A stretch of 63,645 nucleotides of DNA, counting the filler, from Chrysochromulina tobinii (Eukaryota), in assembly GCA_001275005.1 (NCBI GenBank). It is 7 parts of 7 records of this genome, joined end to end, with 100 filler letters (N's around TTAATTAATTAA, not from the genome) between each part and the next. Parts side by side here need not be neighbours in the genome. Positions count along the whole stretch, not along the records: positions 57,970 to 61,742 come from JWZX01000598.1; positions 61,843 to 63,645 come from JWZX01000614.1; 5 more parts are not named here. The stretch is one strand, 5' to 3'. The position numbers and the translations under genes were made by a program. The notes beneath the pieces are model-generated. The model was not told where the DNA came from, did not search any database, and saw only the letters and a list, made by a program, of their open reading frames with translations. Positions 58,091-63,645 of the stretch are shown piece by piece (the first letter of the stretch is position 1; every line of letters starts with the position of its first letter).

Positions 58091-61000
58091 ATGTCTACAC
58101 CTTTATCAACGGTCAAGTTTTGGGAGACAACGGGGGCGCTCCGTACAACGCGCCGAAATGGGCACGTCAAGTTTGCTGCGAGCTATCGGCGCTCACTCGC
58201 GCGTGCAGCCCATTCGGCGTGGACGGTGATCGCTCTTCTTCTTCTTGCCTCGCGATGTGAAGCGAGCGGATCGACTGCGAGGTGCTGCACGACGTCGGAC
58301 ATACGCTATGAGGGCATGAGTGGAATGCAGTGCTATGATACAGCCGAGCTCCGATGCTATGGAACGCGGCAGGGCCCTTGGATTAGGCATGCAGGCATAA
58401 AGGCGCAGCTATCGACGAGTTGCGCGGACGTTGAACTCAGGTTCTGGAGATGCACACAGGCGCTTGGGGCGGAGCTAGATCCCACGCCGGCGTTTGACGA
58501 AACTCTGCGGCACGAACTTGAGCCTACGCCGAGCCCGAGGTGGGATCCGCCGAGTCAACAGGAGCAGCAGCGAGCGAGCGCGAGACCAGAACCGGATCTG
58601 CACTGGCAGGATGGAGCGGTTGATGCCGTGCGCGAGACGCGATCACAACGCGCTTTGAGGGCAAGGTGGGCGGTGACGAGACGCGCGTACGTCGTACTGG
58701 CAGATGTTGGAAGCTTGAAGCGGAGACGGCTGCGATGGTACATCAGCAGGAAGGATTGGAAGAGACGTATGAGATCGCTGCGCGGAAACACCGTCGAGGA
58801 AATGTTCAACGTCGCGCTCTGGAATGCGCGGGAGTTCCATGCCGACGCATGCCCGGCGCGCGAGGCATCTCGGGCGAAGGCGCTATGGCTCAGTCGACGT
58901 TTGCAAGAGGAAGACGTTGACGTTTGCTTTCTGCTTGAGATGATGGGATCACAGGAGGCGTTCACAGCTGAGGTCTATGGACTGCGGGCCATGGCAAAGA
59001 AGATTGGCTACGCGGTTCGATGGATGGTGGGCGAGGGTGGAAGTTTGCGCGAGCAGCGACAAAGTGGGGATTCTTTCACCAACGGCATCGCCGTACTCGT
59101 CAAGCAGGCGACGTGCACCATTGAGCGTCACGCGCGTCTCGAGGAAAGAGTTTTGGGCGTATGGATCAGAGGTCGTGGGACGAAGGAGCAGCTGCAGACG
59201 CGGATTGCCGCGGTTCATGGGTTGCATCACAACGGCGCCTCGAGCTTCGAGAGGCAGCTGCAGGCTACGTATGCGTGGGCGGCTGATCCAGCTCAAGCAG
59301 TGAAAGGCTGCATCGTGGTGGGCGACTTCAATTACGTGGCGGAGGAGACGTGGCGATCTTCTCGCACGGCGTTGAGCACCAACGATCGGGTGTTTCGGGA
59401 CTACATCTCGCAGCCAGGTGCGGAATATGTTCTTCCTATTTCTCCACAGCCACTGATCGTTTGGACTCGGAAGGGCGGAGACGCGGCCGAGGCGGGGGAT
59501 GCAGATGGCTTTGGATCCATGCTCGATGGAGCCGTGACAATTGGGGCAGAGTGCAGCCTCTGGAATAGGACGGTGGTGGACTTCGCCCTTCGCCATGACG
59601 GCCCAACGGATGGAACGTCCAAACCGCTCTCGGATCACGCGTGGGTCACCTTCTCCAGAGCGGTTCCAAAACTTGCAACCCGCGGTGAGACGAGACCTGT
59701 CTCAGCGTTACCCAGAGGCGACGCTCGAGTCAAGGACGGTTACTGCAGGCGCGTACGGGAGGGCGGTGCGTTCGAGGAGCTGCTCTCGGCGCGGGGCGTG
59801 GTACATGCTACAGCTGTGGCGGTGCAATCGCTACGAAGGGTGGCGGAGCAGGCTGCCGCAGAAGCACGGAGGCGCTTTGAGGAGCGGCCATTAGAGACAG
59901 CGCACAGGTGGCGCAGATGGCTGCAAGAGGCATACGCAGCACGACATCGGGGGCTATCACCGCACGAGATGGAAGGTGGTCTATTCAACTATCACTCGCG
60001 CCTATGGCTCATTCGAGAGAGATATGCTGGGGCCGGGGACGACGTGTGCTGGGCTAAGATCATCAGGCGATGTCGGCGGTGCTGGACGAGCGCGAACCGG
60101 AGACTAGTGCGCAGGCAGCAGCGAGACGACGAGCGACTCAGGGAGCTTTCATTGGGAATCGTCGAGGGCAGGGGCAGCAAGGATCTAGCGCAGGTGGCTA
60201 TGCAAGCGTGGAAAGCGATCCGCCCTCCGCGGACCAGCCTGGCGTTCGACAAATTCTATCCGAGAGACGATGTCGCCAACGCTCCAGTGACTGCGGCGGA
60301 CGATCCAGACGCATTTCTCAATGGGGTGGCGCGCGAGGGCGACCGACTCGTCAAAGGATTCTCGTCCACCCCGCCGATCATCGACGCGTTCAAAGCCTTC
60401 TGCAAGGTCTTCTGCCCAACCTATGAGACTCTGCGCGGGCGGGATGGTGGAGTTTGGGAGCTTGACAAGGAGCTCACATTCCCGGTCTTCCTGCAAGTGC
60501 TCAAACGGGTGCCAAGGGGGAAGGCTGTGGGGTACGGTGGGTTCTCTATTGAGCTGCTCATTCACGCGGATCGGGAGATCAAGAAGGCGTTCTACGACTG
60601 TCTTATGGCGGACTTGCGAGGTGGGGATTTTCCCCCGTCGTGGCGTAAGGTCATCTATGTACTGCTCACGAAGCCGCCACCCAACAACCCGGCACTCATT
60701 TCTGAGAGACGAGAGATCGCCCTGATGGCGCAGGATATGAAGTTGATCATGCACATGGTGCGGGCGACGGCCTATCGGCTCATCACGGGCAGACTTCGGT
60801 CGGAGCAGTGCGGATGGCTACCGGGGTATGGTACTGTTGACGCCGGGCTCCCATTGGCGGCCGTGATTCAGCAGGCGCAGCGACAGCAGCAGTCGATATG
60901 GATTCTGTACGTCGATCTCGCAACGTTCTTTCCGCGCATCGATCGTGAAGCTCTTACGGTTGCCGAGGTTCTGGTCGGGCTCCCTCCCCAAGTCATTGAG

Positions 61001-61742
61001 CTCGTCGGGCAGATCTATGGCGCGGGGCGCGCGGTGGCGGCCGAGGCGGTTGAGTGTCAGTTCGACACCGCCATCGGGCTCAGCGCCTCCTTCAGAAACC
61101 ATATGGGAGCGTTGATGGGAGAAGTGCTCTCCCCAGACCGAGCAAAGATCATTCTTAACTCGATCCTGTGGGCGATCAAGCTGCACGTGCAGGGAGTTCA
61201 TCTGTTTGGCTTCGGGGAGGACGAGGAAGGGTGCATCCGAGCGATCGCGAGCTTAGCCTACGCTGACGATTGGGCAGGGACGTTTGGCAGCGAAGCGGAT
61301 CTGAAGCGAGCCTGGGCGGTATGGAATGTCTGGGTCCCGATCTCTGGCTCTAAGCTGGGCATCAAGGGCAAGCTCAAAACCGTGGTCACTGGCGTGCATC
61401 GTGATGGGCAAGGCGGGGAGTCTGACATACCTGACCCGCAGCTCATCACTCTCGATGGCACCTGCGTGCCGACTCTCTCACGGAGTGAGGCATACAAACA
61501 CCTGGGGGTCTTACGCGCTGCGCTGGGCGGCGATGGGGCGGCGGCGGAATCGTTAAAGAAGCAGCTGCGAGTTGCGATTGGCCGCGTGGCGCGCATGCAC
61601 AAACCGTCCAGGCGAGATATGATCTTGGTTTCGAATGGTCTATTTCAGGGGCTAGCGGGGTTCAAGTGCAGCACGGTGTACTACCCCTTCGAATGGATGG
61701 AGGACATCGAGAAGGAATGGAGGAGAATGTTCAACAAAAAGG
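58091..61742 (+). mobile_element. Non-LTR (LINE-type) retrotransposon ORF: AP-endonuclease + reverse transcriptase, 3'-truncated
   Basis: EN motifs WNA, LLEM, GIAVLVK, GDFN, SDH. RT motifs KAVGYGG, PPSWRK, EQCGW, YVDL, GEVLSP, YADD, YKHLGV. No stops over ~3.65 kb. Confidence 0.92.
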
Positions 61743-61842
61743 NNNNNNNNNNNNNNNNNNNNNNNNNNNNNNNNNNNNNNNNNNNNTTAATTAATTAANN
61801 NNNNNNNNNNNNNNNNNNNNNNNNNNNNNNNNNNNNNNNNNN

Positions 61843-61908
61843 CAGTACCAGGACGCGTCCGCCGAGGAGGAGGGCGAGTTCGAGGAGGAGGGCGGCGAGG
61901 AGTACTAA
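61843..61908 (+). CDS. TUBB: Beta-tubulin, C-terminal 21 codons only
   Basis: QYQDASAEEEGEFEEEGGEEY*. Confidence 0.9.
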   Translation, partial: QYQDASAEEEGEFEEEGGEEY

Positions 61909-62494
61909 GCATACAGCATGCTCCGACTCTATGGCACGTCCCTCTCTGCACTATCTCTGAGCGGGGAATTCGTATTGCGTCAGTCCATCACGCATCAGTC
62001 GCGTCGCGGATTGCCGTAACTACTTAACTTCTGCGATTTGATGGAGATAAGTTTCGGTGAATGCTCTATGTTAACACCACCTAGGTGTAAGTTGACACCC
62101 CTACGTGAACGAAACCGAAAGCGCCAACGTGCAACGACCAGACGAGCAACGTGCGCCACTTGATGAGCTTGAGTGTGGAGGGCTTATAGAGCATGATTAT
62201 AACTGAGTATGAGCACTGGTTGGTTGTCAGGCAGAGCCGACGGCGACGGATCTATCGGGTCACTCTCGTGGCCACTGTATCTCGAACGCTACGTACCCCT
62301 CTGGTGCCCGCGCAAGAAAGCGCGGTGGTTTCATGCAACTACGGTGGTTTCATATCCGGGCGTGTGTATCGCCCCGGGGTGTGTATACCGCTCGAGTATC
62401 GCGAAGCGGGGCATGGGGATCCCCGGTGATCATGTAAATAGGGTGGAGACGTATCATCACCCCCTCGAGCTCGCAGTGGTACGAGAGCTCCAAT

Positions 62495-63645
62495 CTAAAG
62501 TACGTCTCCCAACTGATGAAGGGACTGTGCAGCCGTAGCGTAGTCGTGGTAGGTTAAGGGTTGGATGTCGTCCCAGGCGACGTGAGCGATTTGGTCGGGT
62601 GGTGCGACGAGGATACGTTTATGGTGCCCCAGTACGTGGCGGATCATGGCGGGCCACCAGTCGGCGAGCGCGCCCGTTTTACCAACGAAGGCGAGGTCGG
62701 CGGGGTGTGCGATACGGTGGGTGTGTATGCCGCGGATCATTTCGTAGCGATGAAGGCTGGATAGGTCCTCGACTTGGTCGGAGAACTCAGCGTAAGTGGA
62801 GAGGGATGGGATAGTGGAGTGGAGAAGTAGGGGCTTCCCGAGGATACTCGACAGTTGGAGGGCAAAGGCCTTTGGCAAGGTGCCAGTGTCGTGCGCGGTA
62901 CGAAGGCGGTGTGCGATGTCGCCAAAGAAGAGTAGAATGCGCTCTTGCATGTCTGGGGTGAGGCGGGCAGTGATGGATGGTAACAAAGTCTGTAATTGGC
63001 CGCCATCGCAGAGGCTGAGGAGTAGAACTGGGCCCCACAGCTTTGTGTAACGTAGCCAGTAAGAGTTGGCCTCAAGGAGGTAGTCAACGTCCGAGCTGTG
63101 TCTCATAGTTGCGAGTTGGGTGAGGAACTGGCGCGCCTCCGAGTGGAGTGCACCATCGCGGGAGGTACCGAGGAATGCACTGCGTATCGCCGCTAGGCAG
63201 ATGCACAGGACACTAAGGAACGATCGTTGAAGGCGAGGGTCAGCTGGATTGCGCTGCGCTTCGACGACGGTGCTGGCGTAGTGTTCCTTATAGTACCCGA
63301 GTTCGGATTTGAGGTGCTCGGCGACATCCGCTGTGACGATCGTAGTGAATTCGGCGGAGTCGTGGTGACGGCGGAGGATGGCCGCTAATATGGTTTGAAG
63401 GGGATCCGTCTCACGGAGGAGGTCGGCGATGAGGGACGCCGTGTCTGTATGGAGCGTGGTAAGGAGAAGCTGCTGGAAGTCTTGGATGCTGAGTCCAGGC
63501 GTCCACGGAGGCAGGGCGCCAGCGACGTCGAGTTGAGGGAGTCGATTCCACAGTGTGCGGCGGTAGGATTCGGGAGGGGACGAGAGGGTTTCTGTGGTAT
63601 GGTCTCCATAGTGTGTGCTCACGGGCTCTTCCGAGTACGGGCAGG
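62495..63645 (-). CDS. Unknown ORF of at least 375 aa, probably running off the window; possibly mobile-element derived
   Basis: Uninterrupted ORF with visibly lower GC and different codon usage than host genes; no motif recognised. Confidence 0.55.
   Translation of the reverse strand, partial: CPYSEEPVSTHYGDHTTETLSSPPESYRRTLWNRLPQLDVAGALPPWTPGLSIQDFQQLLLTTLHTDTASLIADLLRETDPLQTILAAILRRHHDSAEFTTIVTADVAEHLKSELGYYKEHYASTVVEAQRNPADPRLQRSFLSVLCICLAAIRSAFLGTSRDGALHSEARQFLTQLATMRHSSDVDYLLEANSYWLRYTKLWGPVLLLSLCDGGQLQTLLPSITARLTPDMQERILLFFGDIAHRLRTAHDTGTLPKAFALQLSSILGKPLLLHSTIPSLSTYAEFSDQVEDLSSLHRYEMIRGIHTHRIAHPADLAFVGKTGALADWWPAMIRHVLGHHKRILVAPPDQIAHVAWDDIQPLTYHDYATAAQSLHQLGDVL

Noticed and set aside
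1..63645. tRNA, rRNA or other structured RNA genes
   Set aside because: None recognised by eye; a covariance-model search would be needed to exclude them.

Overview
This is GC-rich eukaryotic DNA, most consistent with a haptophyte alga (inferred from gene content, intron style and composition). It is not one locus: seven contigs are joined by artificial 100-nt linkers (44 N + TTAATTAATTAA + 44 N), namely 1-10248, 10349-23168, 23269-39916, 40017-48737, 48838-57869, 57970-61742 and 61843-63645. Recognisable genes: prolyl 4-hydroxylase, CRAL-TRIO/Sec14 protein, polycystin-2-like channel, VPS35L, an SNM1-type nuclease fused to BRCT/SWIM/RING, a tenascin-like EGF protein, CAND1, a lysophospholipid acyltransferase, an ABHD hydrolase, an RBR-like zinc-finger protein, an EF-hand CaaX protein, a C-type lectin, an FAD monooxygenase, a DUF4432-like protein, a PhyH-like dioxygenase, a chromodomain protein, Pro-rich surface proteins, a LINE-type endonuclease-RT element and the 3' end of beta-tubulin. 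Most notable: (1) signs of recent intron creation, with introns flanked by or beginning with 16-33 nt copies of adjacent exon sequence, a shared 24-nt core (GCATGCAAGTGCTCACCACGGCGC) on unlinked contigs, and one intron present in one paralog but absent in its near-identical copy; (2) a Skp1-like + F-box-like + variable BspA-type LRR fusion present as an inverted duplicate; (3) an uninterrupted LINE ORF with unusual RT motifs; (4) a decayed topoisomerase III fragment beside a chromodomain gene. All calls are by-eye motif recognition; no searches were run.
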